From Utricularia gibba (Eukaryota > Plantae > Magnoliophyta): DNA of 64,000 bases. The stretch spans positions 4,774,001-4,838,000 of the forward strand of contig NEEC01000004.1 of NCBI GenBank assembly GCA_002189035.1, given 5' to 3'. Positions 37,356 to 49,615 of the stretch are shown here, piece by piece (the stretch's first letter is position 1; every line of letters begins with the position of its first letter). The position numbers were made by a program, and so were the translations under genes. The notes beneath the pieces are model-generated. The model was not told the DNA's origin, made no database searches, and saw only the letters and a list, made by a program, of their open reading frames with translations.

Positions 37356-40300
37356 ATGAAGCTTTCAACAGCAGGAATGGGGCAGCAGGTTCATGAAGGT
37401 AACTAATTGCTCAGCAATTTTTTTAATTCGTCAACTTGTTAAGTTTGTGTTCTGAGGCATTGTATTATCCTTTTTTTTTATCATGTGAAGGAGAGAAAAA
37501 ATGCTTGAATTCTGAGCTATGGCATGCTTGTGCTGGCCCTCTGGTTTCCTTACCAACTGTTGGAAGCCGTGTGGTTTACTTCCCACAGGGTCACAGTGAG
37601 CAGGTGTTGAGTATTACCCTTTAAATCTCTTGAGTTTTTGCTTCACTTTTTGGTCTCTGAAATGGTAGCTTTTGTTTTAAAAGGTTGCAGCTACCACTAA
37701 CAGAGAAGTTGATGCCCAGTTGCCTAATTACCCAAGCTTGCAACCCCAACTGATCTGTCAACTCCACAATGTTACAATGCATGTTAGTCTTTACATTTTC
37801 ATGTTTATTTTATCAGAAGGATATGATGATTCATTCCGGTTTTCTAATATCAGGCAGATGGTGAAACTGATGAAGTGTATGCTCAGATGACCCTGCAGCC
37901 TCTAACTCCTGTAAGCTATCTTATGAACGCATAGTTTTGTTCCATTCTTGAAGCTGAAGAACTACAATGAGAATCACAGGAAGAACAAAAAGAGACATAT
38001 CTTCCTGTTGAGCTGGGGATCCCGAGTAGGCAGCCAACTAATTACTTCTGCAAGACACTAACAGCTAGTGATACGAGCACACACGGTGGCTTCTCTGTGC
38101 CACGCCGTGCTGCAGAAAAAGTTTTCCCTCCTTTGGTGAGACTTTCGTCTCATACTTTAAAAAGGGTCTTCAAATTTCAATTCAAGGTCTATTGAAAATC
38201 AGTATGTGTTCAGGATTTTACTCAGACGCCTCCTGCTCAAGAACTTATTGCAAGGGATCTCCATGACGTTGAATGGAAGTTTAGACATATTTTCCGAGGT
38301 AAGTGTCAGTGAATGTCAAACAAAACTCATGTTCTTGATAGCTTTTTCCTGTTAAGAAGAAACTGTGCTTTTTCTTTTTTGCACTCAGGTCAGCCCAAGC
38401 GTCATTTGCTTACAACTGGTTGGAGTGTGTTTGTCAGTGCTAAAAGACTGGTTGCTGGTGATTCAGTTCTTTTCATATGGTGTGTTTTTGTGCTGATTTT
38501 TCGCAACCCGTGTTACCATATTTGATATCATTGGCATATATTCTTCTTCTAGGAATGAAAAAAATCAGCTTCTTCTTGGAATCCGTCGTGCCAGTCGACC
38601 ACAGAATGTGATGCCATCATCTGTTCTTTCAAGTGACAGCATGCACATTGGACTCCTTGCTGCTGCTGCTCATGCTGCAGCAACAAACAGCTGCTTCACT
38701 GTCTTTTATAATCCCAGGTGCAAAAGTTAGTTTCTACAACAATTTTTCGGCTATTTTTCTCGTCGTCCCTCCAGTAATACTTTTCCAGAATCAGGGCTAG
38801 TCCATCTGAGTTTGTAATACCACTCTCGAAGTACATCAAAGCTTTGTATCACACTCGTGTTTCTGTTGGGATGAGGTTTCGCATGCTTTTCGAAACTGAG
38901 GAATCAAGTGTCCGCAGGTAAAACAGTGAGTTTAAATACTGTATACTCAGTTTCAGCCTTTTTTAACATCTGCTTCTTCCCAATAAACTTGTTGATAACT
39001 AGATACATGGGCACCATCACCGGAATTGGTGACTTGGATCCAGTCCGCTGGCCAAACTCCCACTGGCGCTCTGTTAAGGTACTCTGCCACCTTCATGTTT
39101 CTCTTTGTCTTCAGTTTTCGATCGTTTCGAAAATATGTTTGCATACCATTGAACCTCAGGTTGGATGGGATGAATCAGCAGCTGGTGAGAGGCAGCCAAG
39201 GGTCTCTCTCTGGGAAATTGAGCCACTAACAACGTTTCCCATGTATCCTTCCCTGTTTCCTCTTAGACTGAAACGACCATGGTATCCTGGGGCTTCATCT
39301 TTTCAAGGTATCATCCTGCTCATGTACTTCTGAGCGTACTCTGTAACTGTTTTTCACACAAAAACGGCATATCCCAATAAAAATGCATGTCTGGAAATCC
39401 ATTAAAATGACTAAACGAGCAGTCTCATAGTTTTTTTTTTTTTTAACCTCAGATGCTGGTGGGGAAGAAATGAGCAGCTTGGCATGGGTGAGGGGTGAAG
39501 GTGGGGAGCCAGGTTTCAATGCCATGAACTTTCAGTCAGTTGGGATGTTTCCATTGATGCAGCAGAGAATTGATCCAGCCATGATGAGAAATGAGGGGGG
39601 ACAGCAGTATCGAGCGATGCTTGCAGCAGGATTGTATAATTATGGAGGTGCAGATTTGCTGAAGAACCAAGCAATGCAATTCCAGTCGCCTGTTCAGTAT
39701 ATTCATCATTCTGGTAGCACCAATTCTCTTGGTCAGCATCAACAGGTCATCTCACCACCAGCTTCTTCCAATATGCTTTCTATGCAAACCCAAATCCTCT
39801 CTAATAATATGCAGAGGGCTTCAACTCAACAAGAAGTTGCTAGTCCGTGTAAGGAGCATTCTGGACATCATGCTTACCCAGAAACTTTCCTTGGACAGCA
39901 TGAACAGCTTCAGTTAAGGCAGTCATCTGATGTTCCATCCCCTTCATTCATGAAGTCAGATTTTTCAGAAACAGGTGGTAGATTTCCAGGGCAGGTGGCG
40001 CGTTCTGGGATGCAAAATATGTTAGGTTCTCTGTATCAAGAAGGAAATGCCAATCTTTTGAACTTTTCATTACCTCCTCAGCAACAATGGACGACGCCCA
40101 AGTTCCCCCAGTCACCAGTTGGTGGCTCTTCCAATTCCAAATCACTTGCCTTGTATCCAGCAAAAGATGGTTCTATTGAACAGGAAAACTGTAACCTTGG
40201 AGCTCAAAATCCATCTCTTTTCGGGGCTAACCTCGATGCATCTGGTCTCCAGCTCCCCGCCACCATGTCAAGTATTGGAATTTCATCTGTTCATACTGAT

Positions 40301-41050
40301 TTATCATCGCTTCCATTGCCACCAACTGGGTTTCAACCCCATCTTTATGGTTATATGCAAGATTCTTCTGAAATGTTGCACACTACAGGACATGACCACC
40401 AACCAACTCCTACTCCAGCAAGGACCTATGTCAAGGTAAGACTTGGAAAGATTTAGTTTTTTATTCTCGGTTTTCAACTTCATGTTGCTCGCTCATCACA
40501 CTGCCTAAACCACCATGGGGATTTGAGCCAGAGGTCTCTTGGACCTTCTAGCTTCAATCTTGTCAATATGGCTTCTCACTCAATCGCAATCACCGGTAAC
40601 CACCCTTTTGTTGCTGCAGGTCTACAAAACGGGATCTGTTGGTAGGTCCCTGGACATCGCTCGATTCAACAGCTACCAGGAGCTGAGACATGAATTGGGT
40701 CAGATGTACGGGATTGAAGGGTTGCTTGAAGACCCTCAAAGATCAGGCTGGCAGCTTGTATTCGTCGACAGGGAGAACGATGTTCTTCTCCTTGGAGATG
40801 ATCCCTGGGAGTAAGTTTTTCTTTCCAAACAGCATCTGTTTATCAAAGTTCTTGTCTTGATTGAAAGGGGAACGCTGCGATATACAGGGCATTTGTGAAC
40901 AATGTGTGGTATATAAAGATCCTCTCACCAGAGGACGTGATGAAGCTTGGAAAACGAGAGCCTGAATCGTTGAGTGGAAATCTGCTGCAGAGGATGAACA
41001 ATGCTGATACCCAAAACCTCATTTCTGGCCTCCCATCTCTTGATTACTGA
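37356..41050 (+). CDS. ARF8: Auxin response factor 8-like, 14 exons, one apparent 1-bp deletion near 37987-37990
   Basis: [14 protein letters not shown]|[16 protein letters not shown]; B3 motif [21 protein letters not shown]; Q-rich middle; PB1 SVGRSLDI...[22 protein letters not shown]. Exons 37356-37398, 37491-37603, 37684-37782, 37854-37910, 37980-38135, 38214-38298, 38389-38479, 38553-38717, 38795-38917, 39003-39078, 39160-39307, 39453-40435, 40620-40810, 40888-41050. Confidence 0.94.
40740..40760 (+). promoter_or_regulatory. miR167 target site in the ARF8 mRNA
   Basis: AGATCAGGCTGGCAGCTTGTA, the conserved ARF6/8 miR167 site. Confidence 0.92.
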
Positions 41051-41802
41051 AGCTCTCACGCTGTTCCTCCCATGGCGGAAAAAGCTCCCCCCACCCCCTC
41101 GTATGGATATCTGTTCCAGATTTCAGAACACTACCGCAGTATCCCTTCCGTTTTCTGTATGACAGATGTGGAGATCGAAAGATCAGGAATTTCATGTACC
41201 CATTTGCCTGATGCATTTTGTAAGGACGAAACAAACCCGTGTTGCCTTCCCATTAGTTTCATTGTTGGAGAACGCTACTTTCCTCCACTGCATGGTTCAA
41301 CTGTCCATGCCATTATTTGCCTGCAAACTGAATGTAAACGATCCGTCCTCATTCTTAGCTTACCGAGGGGGAAACCATGGAGTTTGCTAGGATTTGCTGG
41401 ACGACTGCTGCATTCGCGATAGTGATAAACGGGTATTTGAATGTTGGACAGGCTGAGTTGACAGCGAGCTGTTCGATAAAAAGCCTCAGAAGAATGCTGT
41501 TTCTAGGACTAGGACAAACGGGTATGGCGTAAATTTGCAGAGGATTTGAGTTCACAGAGAGCTGTCCTTGAGCGCATTGGACCGCTGAGAAAATCCTACG
41601 TCTAGGCCTGGGCAAGCCATTCGTACCTGGAGCCATAAATGCTGTGCCTCGTCTCTTCCATGCCTTGAAACCCGTTCATCATCGGTGTCATTTGTCTATT
41701 TATCAGTTATATGACTACTCTTCTTCGAAGGCTCATTAATGGTGATAGTGAACTGTAAACTCTATATAGGAGAGAACAAGGGGCGTGCGCTTCTGTGATT
41801 CG

Positions 41803-43452
41803 ATGGATGAACTCAGACCTGGACGTGCAAATTCTTGTCCCCTCTCGCCATTGTCATTCTTGGAGAGGGCCGCAGTCATCTATGGAGATTGCCCTTCAGT
41901 CATCTACAGCAACAGCATCCACACATGGGCGCAGACCCACGTTCGCTGCCGCCGTCTTGCTTCCTCCATTGCGAACCTCTGTTCGGTAACGAACGCCGTC
42001 GTTTCGGTGTTGGCTCCCAACATTCCTGCAATGTATGAACTCCAGTTCGCTGTGCCAATGGCGGGTTGTGTCATCAATAACATCAATACCCGACTCGACG
42101 CAAAGACTGTTGCTTTAATTCTCCGCCACGGTGACTCGATAGCTTTGTTTTTTGATACCCAACTCCGCTCGGTGGTCAAGGAGGCTGTTTCACTGCTCCC
42201 GTCGGAGTTTCCGCTGCCGATTCTGATTCTTATTGAGGAAGGTGATAATTCTGGGGATACCGATATGGGTATTCATGATACTTACGAAGGATTGGTGGAG
42301 AAGGGGAGTCCGGAATTTCGATGGGTAAAGCCGAAGAATGACTGGATTCCGATGACATTGAACTACACGTCTGGTACGACTTCTTCTCCTAAAGGAGTGG
42401 TCCATTCCCACAGATCCATTTTCATCATGACGCTCGATTCTTTGATTAATTGGTCGGTTCCTAAGCAACCTGTGTTTCTGTGGACCCTGCCCATGTTTCA
42501 TTCTAATGGCTGGAGCTACACATGGGGAATGGCGGCCGTCGGAGGAACAAATGTTTGTCTCAGAAGATTTGATGCGCCGGTGGTGTACGACGCCATTAAA
42601 CGCTATAACGTAACGCATATGTGCGGTGCACCGGTGATTCTCACGATGTTGGGAAATTACCCACATGCCATGGCGTTGAAATCCCCAGTTCAGTTTATGA
42701 CAGGAGGAGCTCCGCCGCCGCCTGCGGTGGTTCTACGGACGGAATCGTTGGGGTTCGTGGTGACGCATGGGTATGGGATGACGGAGGTGGCAGGGGTGGT
42801 GGTGTCGTGTGCCTGGAAAAAGAAGTGGAATACGTTTCCGGCGGAGGAGAGAGCAAGGCTTAAGGCACGGCAAGGAGTGAGAACGATAGGGTTAACCGCG
42901 GTGGATGTGGTGGATCCGGCGACGGGAAAGAGTGTGACGAGAGATGGAGCAACGATGGGCGAGATCGTCCTCAGAGGAGGATGTTTAATGTTGGGGTACC
43001 TGAAAAATCCCGAGGAAACGACAAAATGCATGAGAGATGGATGGCTTTTCACCGGCGACATCGCGGTGATGCACTCCGATGGGTACCTGGAAATCAAAGA
43101 CCGTTCGAAGGATATAATCATCTCCGGCGGGGAAAATGTGAGTAGCGTGGAGGTTGAATCTGTTCTATACTCAAATCCGGCGGTGAACGAGGCCGCGGTG
43201 GTGGCGCGGCCGGATGAATACTGGGGCGAGACGCCGTGCGCGTTTTTGAGCTTAAGAGAAGGAATTAAAACCCGGCCGCCGGAGCATGAGGTCATAGAAT
43301 TCTGCCGCGAGAGACTGCCCCGTTACATGGTTCCCAGAACAGTGGTCTTCATGGATGAGCTCCCAAAAACATCCACCGGCAAAGTTAAGAAGTTTGCTCT
43401 AAGGGATCTCGCCGGAAAAATGGGGAGCCTCACGACAACCAGCCGCATCTAG
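41803..43452 (+). CDS. Acyl-activating enzyme AAE5/6 type (AMP-binding), intronless, 549 aa, PTS1-like SRI* end
   Basis: LSPLSFLERAA, YTSGTTSSPKGV, WTLPMFHSNGW, HGYGMTE, DRSKDIIISGGEN, LPKTSTGK. TATA-like box at ~41762. Confidence 0.92.
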   Translation: MDELRPGRANSCPLSPLSFLERAAVIYGDCPSVIYSNSIHTWAQTHVRCRRLASSIANLCSVTNAVVSVLAPNIPAMYELQFAVPMAGCVINNINTRLDAKTVALILRHGDSIALFFDTQLRSVVKEAVSLLPSEFPLPILILIEEGDNSGDTDMGIHDTYEGLVEKGSPEFRWVKPKNDWIPMTLNYTSGTTSSPKGVVHSHRSIFIMTLDSLINWSVPKQPVFLWTLPMFHSNGWSYTWGMAAVGGTNVCLRRFDAPVVYDAIKRYNVTHMCGAPVILTMLGNYPHAMALKSPVQFMTGGAPPPPAVVLRTESLGFVVTHGYGMTEVAGVVVSCAWKKKWNTFPAEERARLKARQGVRTIGLTAVDVVDPATGKSVTRDGATMGEIVLRGGCLMLGYLKNPEETTKCMRDGWLFTGDIAVMHSDGYLEIKDRSKDIIISGGENVSSVEVESVLYSNPAVNEAAVVARPDEYWGETPCAFLSLREGIKTRPPEHEVIEFCRERLPRYMVPRTVVFMDELPKTSTGKVKKFALRDLAGKMGSLTTTSRI

Positions 43453-44532
43453 GTAGCTCCCCTTCGCCCCGTTTCCCTCCTGAGTGTTTACTTTCGAATT
43501 CCCAAAAAATGGCAATTATGCTTTGATTATGATTCCGACAACTGCAATGCCCTGTAATACATTCAAGAGCCCCTTGTGCTCCCCGAGCCCAGCACAGGGA
43601 GCACACCAAAGGGTGTCCGTATGATTGCCATCAAGAAGTACATGACACAAGAACACATCACATCACCCAAGTTATTGAACAGAGGTCGGCACCCAATAGG
43701 CCACTTGCTCCATAAAACTCCATTCTCCACTGGTCTAGTCCTTGCTCCTGTCATGGTGGCAAGACCCAGATACAAAGCCCATGCCTTTTCAAGGCCCATA
43801 AATAGGCTCAACCAGAGAACTCTTCATCTCGTTGCAACTTGTAATTCTTTCGGGGGAAAGTACTTTACCAACGACATCTGTATTGGGCTGGGAGCTTACT
43901 CCTTTTCATCTGGGAGAAGGTTGACAAGGCAAAAGCTGATGCTTTTTGAACCAGCTTTGGCTACAGGGCTGATTGCGGAGATGATACGGGCAATGGCTGG
44001 GATAAAACCATCAATATGCATGGCGTTCCTGTCAAGAAGCACAAATGCAGTGGTTTATGATTCCCTGGGTTCTTAGATGAATATGGATCCCTTCAGTTCA
44101 GTTTCATATATTTAGATGAAGTTTAATGCAAATTCACAGTTTGAGCACCACATTTGACCGAAGGATACCAAACCGTGGTGGCTGATCAAGATTCACAAAT
44201 ATATGAAACTAATTCCCTTCTCCTTGTTTTCCTAAGAAAAATACTGGATTCATAGTCCTCACTTAACACCCCTTTCATGTTTCTTACTTTCCTTCTGCGC
44301 TCTGAAATCAATAAACTCAGATATACGTCCAATCTAATGATATAATATTTATGCAAAGCAGCTCATTCAGACCTCTAAAGATGGAGGTTCAAAAGTTGAA
44401 ACATTGGTCAAAGGGCGAACTTGTAATCACTAATCAACCCACAATGACTGCAAGAAGAAAAAACGAACATGACTCCTACAGATACTGGACATGTTCATAC
44501 TTACGGCTATTCGCAGTAACAGTTTCCAGGAC

Positions 44533-45184
44533 TCAGTGAATGACTGGCTTCAAAGGGTGGGCTCTGACTTTCGACAAGTCCAAGTCTGCGTCGATTTCTT
44601 CATCTATTTCCCCAACTACGCTTCTATAACAGTAATACATGTCTAGTAAGAAACCTACGGATTGATGTGATAGTGAAGCCATGCAACGGTGGATTAAAAA
44701 CAGAATTTCCATACATGTTATCGCCTCGAATGATGTAGAGGCCCAACACAAGTTGCTGTACGCCTTCCTGTAATGAAGACAAGGGAACCAAAGGTGGTAC
44801 CTTCAAGCAAGGTGCTTATTAAAAAAAGAAATAAAACATATTCGTGCGAAATCAGACCTTTGTGGAGTAAACCCTTTCATGGGACTCATCTAGTATAATG
44901 TTGGTAGCCTGATCGAAACCTTTAAGAACTCCCTATATAGTGGTATGAATGAGCAACGATACCAGTTCACAAGCACGAAAAATAATTCAAATCTTCATCT
45001 CCGAGCCCAACAGAAGCTTACCACAATATTCCGTCCATCATTCGTGATCACCGATATTGTTTCTGAAAACACCAAAACGAATCGGTTGAATTTCTGATAA
45101 GCAAGGCAAACAGCAAGAAGCACCAAGTGTTAGAACATATTACTGACGATCAACGAGAGACTCCAATCCAATTCCGCTAGCCAT
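44533..45184 (-). CDS. LSM8: Sm-like protein LSM8, 98 aa; exons 45184..45148, 45062..45022, 44932..44858, 44767..44715, 44623..44533
   Basis: MASGIGLESLVDQTISVITNDGRNIVGVLKGFDQATNIILDESHERVYSTKEGVQQLVLGLYIIRGDNISVVGEIDEE...HPLKPVIH*. Confidence 0.96.
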
Positions 45185-45531
45185 CTCCTTCAATTAACCA
45201 AGCTACTCAGGCCAAACTCGTTGCACGTACGAAAACAATCCCGTGGCGTTCGATGAATTGTGTGCCCTAAAATCCCAAATCGCGGTATGATTTCTGGTGA
45301 ACTAAATGACATTGTTACCCTCCATATACAGTAATAATTCCTGAAATCCCCAGAGGCCCAGCCCACTTCCAGTGAATTGTCCCTCCAATTCCTCCGTCGT
45401 TGTACTTTCCATGCCTGTCTATACATTGAACGAATCTCCTCTGATAGAGATTTCAGAAGAACAGATCTCATATCTTGAATGCCCTGAAGACTCTTCTTGT
45501 CAAGAAACATTCTTTCATCTTGTAAGAAGAG

Positions 45532-46188
45532 ATGGGGAGAGCAAAACTGCGCATGGAATTGATCTGTCATGAGAAGGTGCGGAGAAAAGCGTTTGAGAGG
45601 AAGAAAACAGCCCTTGAAAGATCGGCGCGAGAGCTTTCCATTCTCTGTGACGTCGACGTTGCGATGATTGTTTGCGACCCATTTGGAGGATCGAATCAGC
45701 CATCCGTGTGGCCCCCTGAACCAGAAGTAGTTGAGAGGTTGATCGAGTCCTGTAACTCGAGAAAGGACGGTGTCTGTGGAAACAAAGTCTATGGCTTGTC
45801 TGATTTCTTCAAGGATCAGACTGGGAAGATGGAGGAGGAGACGCACTCCGTATGCCAGAAAAGGATTGATTCTATGCCGAGGGAGGAATTGAAACACTTG
45901 TTTGAATTCCTGAATTCCAGGATATATGCAGCAATCGAAAGGATAGAGATGAGTAAAGCATCAGGAGCGTCTTCACCACTAGCAGGTGGGCTGATGCATT
46001 TTGCAGTTCAAGAAAGCAGGGATTTTTATCCTGAATGGTGGAACATGGAACCATCTGAGATGGTTCAACTTCAGCCGCCGATACTGCAGCATCAACCTCT
46101 CCCGACGATAAACGCTTCTAACAGAAACATTGATCTGATGTTCGAAAACGCAGTATTCATATCGGGGATGAAGATGGTGCAGCCTTAA
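45532..46188 (+). CDS. Type I MADS-box protein (AGL82/M-beta-like), intronless, 218 aa
   Basis: MGRAKLRMELI...ELSILCDVDVAMIVCDP...VWP. No K-box and no introns. Confidence 0.8.
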   Translation: MGRAKLRMELICHEKVRRKAFERKKTALERSARELSILCDVDVAMIVCDPFGGSNQPSVWPPEPEVVERLIESCNSRKDGVCGNKVYGLSDFFKDQTGKMEEETHSVCQKRIDSMPREELKHLFEFLNSRIYAAIERIEMSKASGASSPLAGGLMHFAVQESRDFYPEWWNMEPSEMVQLQPPILQHQPLPTINASNRNIDLMFENAVFISGMKMVQP

Positions 46189-47026
46189 GGCCCATCAGAT
46201 GCAAGTTGCTGATCACAACAAGAGCTTTCAAGGTCTCACATTACAGAGTTACCGAATGTTTGTTTGTTGTCCAAGTTTGAGAGTGAATAGCAAGTTTGTC
46301 TGTTGCTTTTTTTGCCTTGGTCTCACTGTTCCCATTTCTATTGTTCTTGATTTTGCTTCATTGGGTATGGCTAAATTCCCATATACATTCAGATTTTAGA
46401 ACAAATGATTTCACATCGAAAATTAAATAATCAAATATATAAAAGATTATGGATTATTAATAATTTATTAAATGTAATTGTTTAATATAATTTACATTTT
46501 TTACATAATTGCATTTCACGTGTGTTTACTTGAGACATCGTATATTGAATTTCAATGTGTTGTTGCAATTATATATTCTTCTTTGGCTTGCTAATGCACC
46601 TTACTAGTAAATAATTTCAAGAACATTAATATAATTTGATAATAGAAATAAAGAATATAATTAATAGTTTTATTATTTATTCATAAATTTTTATGTTTAA
46701 ATACTTCTATTCTTAATAAATTTAAATAATTATAACTCATTTATCAAACATACTATTACATATAAATATTTTTTTATGATTTATTTGAATCCAAATAATT
46801 TAAACATTAGTTTCAATCTCGTTTAGTATTTGAGCCGCTTGGTGCCCGCGGCCCGCCTCAAGCTGAAATGAATTAAACATTGGGCCTCAATGAATGGCCC
46901 AAGTCGATTTTTTTTTTTTTTTTTGTGTAATTTGTGTTTCAGTTGAGACGCATGGCTGCAGTTTCGTAGACAAAAGCTGCCTCCAAAGTACAGAGTACAG
47001 ACCTCTGCATTGACGCCAGCTTGAAA

Positions 47027-48874
47027 ATGGAGGAAGAAGAAGAGGAGAGGCTGGAGAGCTTCCTCCAATGGGCCAGCGTAATCGGAATTTCCGACTGTTC
47101 AATCGTCGGCGGGAGTGTTTCCCGCGGTTTAGGACATTCTCTGGCCGTTTCGAATTTTCCAGAAGCTGGCGGGTATAGTTCGATTTTTGAGCGAGTTGCT
47201 TTTCGATTGTGTGGTAGTTAAGACTGGGAGTGTGTGTTACTTGTTGTTGACGCAGGAGAGGCTTAGCCGCTACGCGGGTTTTGAGAAAAGGGGAGCTGAT
47301 TCTGAGGGTTCCGAAGGCGGCATTGATGACATCGGATGCTCTAATATCTAAAGATCAGCGACTTGCTGCTGCTTTGGAGAAATACCCTTCGCTATCTCCC
47401 ACGCAGGTAGTTTATCGGTGCTTTCCTTTTAGTTTCCATTCATTAAGAAATTTGGCCTGCTGCTTCGAAGAAATACCCTTAGGCCTTAACATAGGCAGTT
47501 ATTCCGCAAGCTTCTTTGTGTTGCATTCGTACTTACATCAATGTTCACATGCATAGTACAATCTTTTCAGATACTGGGTGTTTGTCTACTGAATGAGGTG
47601 AACAAGGGAAAGAGCTCTTGGTGGTATCCTTACCTTAAGCAGTTACCAAGAAGTTATGACTTGCTTGAGAACTTTAGCCCGTCTGAGATCAAAGCTTTGC
47701 AGGTTGGTTTTCTAATGATTCAGCTGTTTTGAGTGCAGAGATAGTTCTGGAAGAGTAGTAATGCAGAATTACTAAGGGGTAAAGGAAATTGCTTTGTAGA
47801 TTGACCATGCGATTTGGACTGCAGAGAGAGCCGTAAAGAGATGTAAATTGGATTGGGAAGAAGCAACTCTGCTAATGAGCGACCTTAGGTTGAACCCTCG
47901 GTTTTTGACATTCAAGGCTTGGCTCTGGTCATCTTCGACGGTTGGCTATTTTTTCTCATTTGTTTGAACCCTCGGTTTTTGTTTCGTAGCATTTCAACAT
48001 GAATTGCTTTCGTCTTCAGATATCTTCTCGTACAATGCATATTCCCTGGGATGTTGCAGGCTGTATGTGCCCTGTGGGAGATTTCTTCAATTACGTGCCT
48101 CCTGAAGATTTCGAAGATTCTTCAAAAGATTCAAAGGCTTCTGGCGTAGAGGTTCCTAGTGAGACGAATATAAACAACTTAACCGATGCAGGCTATGATG
48201 AGGCTACTCCTAGTTACTGCTTCTATGCAAACAGGAATTATGATAAAGGAGATCAGGTTAAGATCTAGTCTCCATGCGAACAGAATATATGGTACCCTCA
48301 ACTCTTTCATTAATCATTTGGTATGCAGGTTCTGCTAAGCTATGGTACATACACAAACTTGGAGCTGTTAGAGCATTATGGGTTTATCCTGCAGGATAAC
48401 ACAAATGACAAGGCTTATATTCCTTTACAACCAGAGATACTTGCGCTTTGCCCTTGGCCAACAGAGTCTGTGTACATTTCTCAAAATGGAGAGCCTTCCT
48501 TCGCCCTCCTTTTAGCACTTCGTTTATGGGCTACTCCTGTTGACCACCGGAGGTCAATAAAGCACCTCGCGTATTCAGGGAATCCACTCTCGGATGAAAA
48601 CGAGGCTGCAGTATTTGAGGCAATTTTCCAAAAATGCCGAGAGGTATTGACCAGCTGCTCAACCTCCATTGATGAAGATGAACTATTGCTTCTTCAAACC
48701 CACAAATCTCAAGATTGCTCCTCAGATTCAGAGGAACTGGTAACAAACTTAGGCAGCGGAGGCCTGGACAGGGAGAATGGTTACAGAAAAAGCTCCTTCT
48801 ACAGGTGGATATTGGCGGTTCAGTGGAGAGTCAGGTACAAGAAAATACTACATAATTGTCTTAGAAAAAACTGA
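47027..48874 (+). CDS. SET-domain protein (SDG40-like, Rubisco-LSMT family), ~450 aa; exons 47027..47172, 47256..47406, 47571..47702, 47800..47940, 48020..48256, 48329..48874
   Basis: FPEAGG|RGLAATRVLRKGELILRVP, WWYPYLKQLPRSY, ISSRTMHIPWD..CMCPVGDFFNY, QVLLSYGTYTNLELLEHYGF. Confidence 0.88.
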
Positions 48875-49102
48875 AATGTTGGAATCTGGAAGCTATTCCA
48901 AGCTATAAAATTGGTATTTTCTCCTTCGAATTCTCAGATATTTCTTTTCTATGCACAGTATCAGACCGTTTCATCTGTGTGCTATTGCAAACTACACGTT
49001 ATTACAAAATTGGAAGTTTTTCACTGCACAAGGTTCTCGTCTGGAAATAACAGTTATGCGTGCTTCACAAATACTTCTCCTCCAGGACAAGTTTAAGAAG
49101 CT

Positions 49103-49152
49103 GATACCAGGAGCACACGTAAAGATGATACCAGAAGAGCACACGTAAAGAT
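49103..49152. repeat. Short two-copy tandem duplication (24/26 bp)
   Basis: GATACCAG(AA)GAGCACACGTAAAGAT twice. Confidence 0.85.
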
Positions 49153-49615
49153 GCTAAAGCTGGATCTTCTTCTCACTTCTGTTGCTCACCATGAGTTGCA
49201 TGGGAAAGGTAAGATATGTATCGCTAAGCATCCCCATTACACAAACACCTGATTCCGAACGAAAACTGTAGGATGGCCGGTCTAACCAATTTCAAAAGGC
49301 TTTTGCTATTTACATGTTGGCCCTTTCTGGTTTGTGAATGGAACCCATTCGATATTGAGGCTGCCGACCCCCACCGATTGAGTGTTTACCATTTTGAAAT
49401 TGGCCACTGGGACTGCGTACCTACGCGTGTCCCTGGGATATTTATTGAAAAAATCCTCTCTTTAGATAGAAAAATTTGACCTTTTATATCATATAAAAAG
49501 TGTCAAAGTGAACCCACCAACCATTGTCTCTCCTCTCCAGGTTGCGGCGGAGAAGACGTGCCCTGTTTGCATTTTCAAAAAACTGAGCTCGGTTTTCTCC
49601 CGGAAAAGAAGAGAT

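Noticed and set aside
49508-49615. In-frame GTG extension of ICDH as a transit peptide
   Set aside because: Non-ATG start close to the TATA-like region, and it does not resemble a transit peptide.
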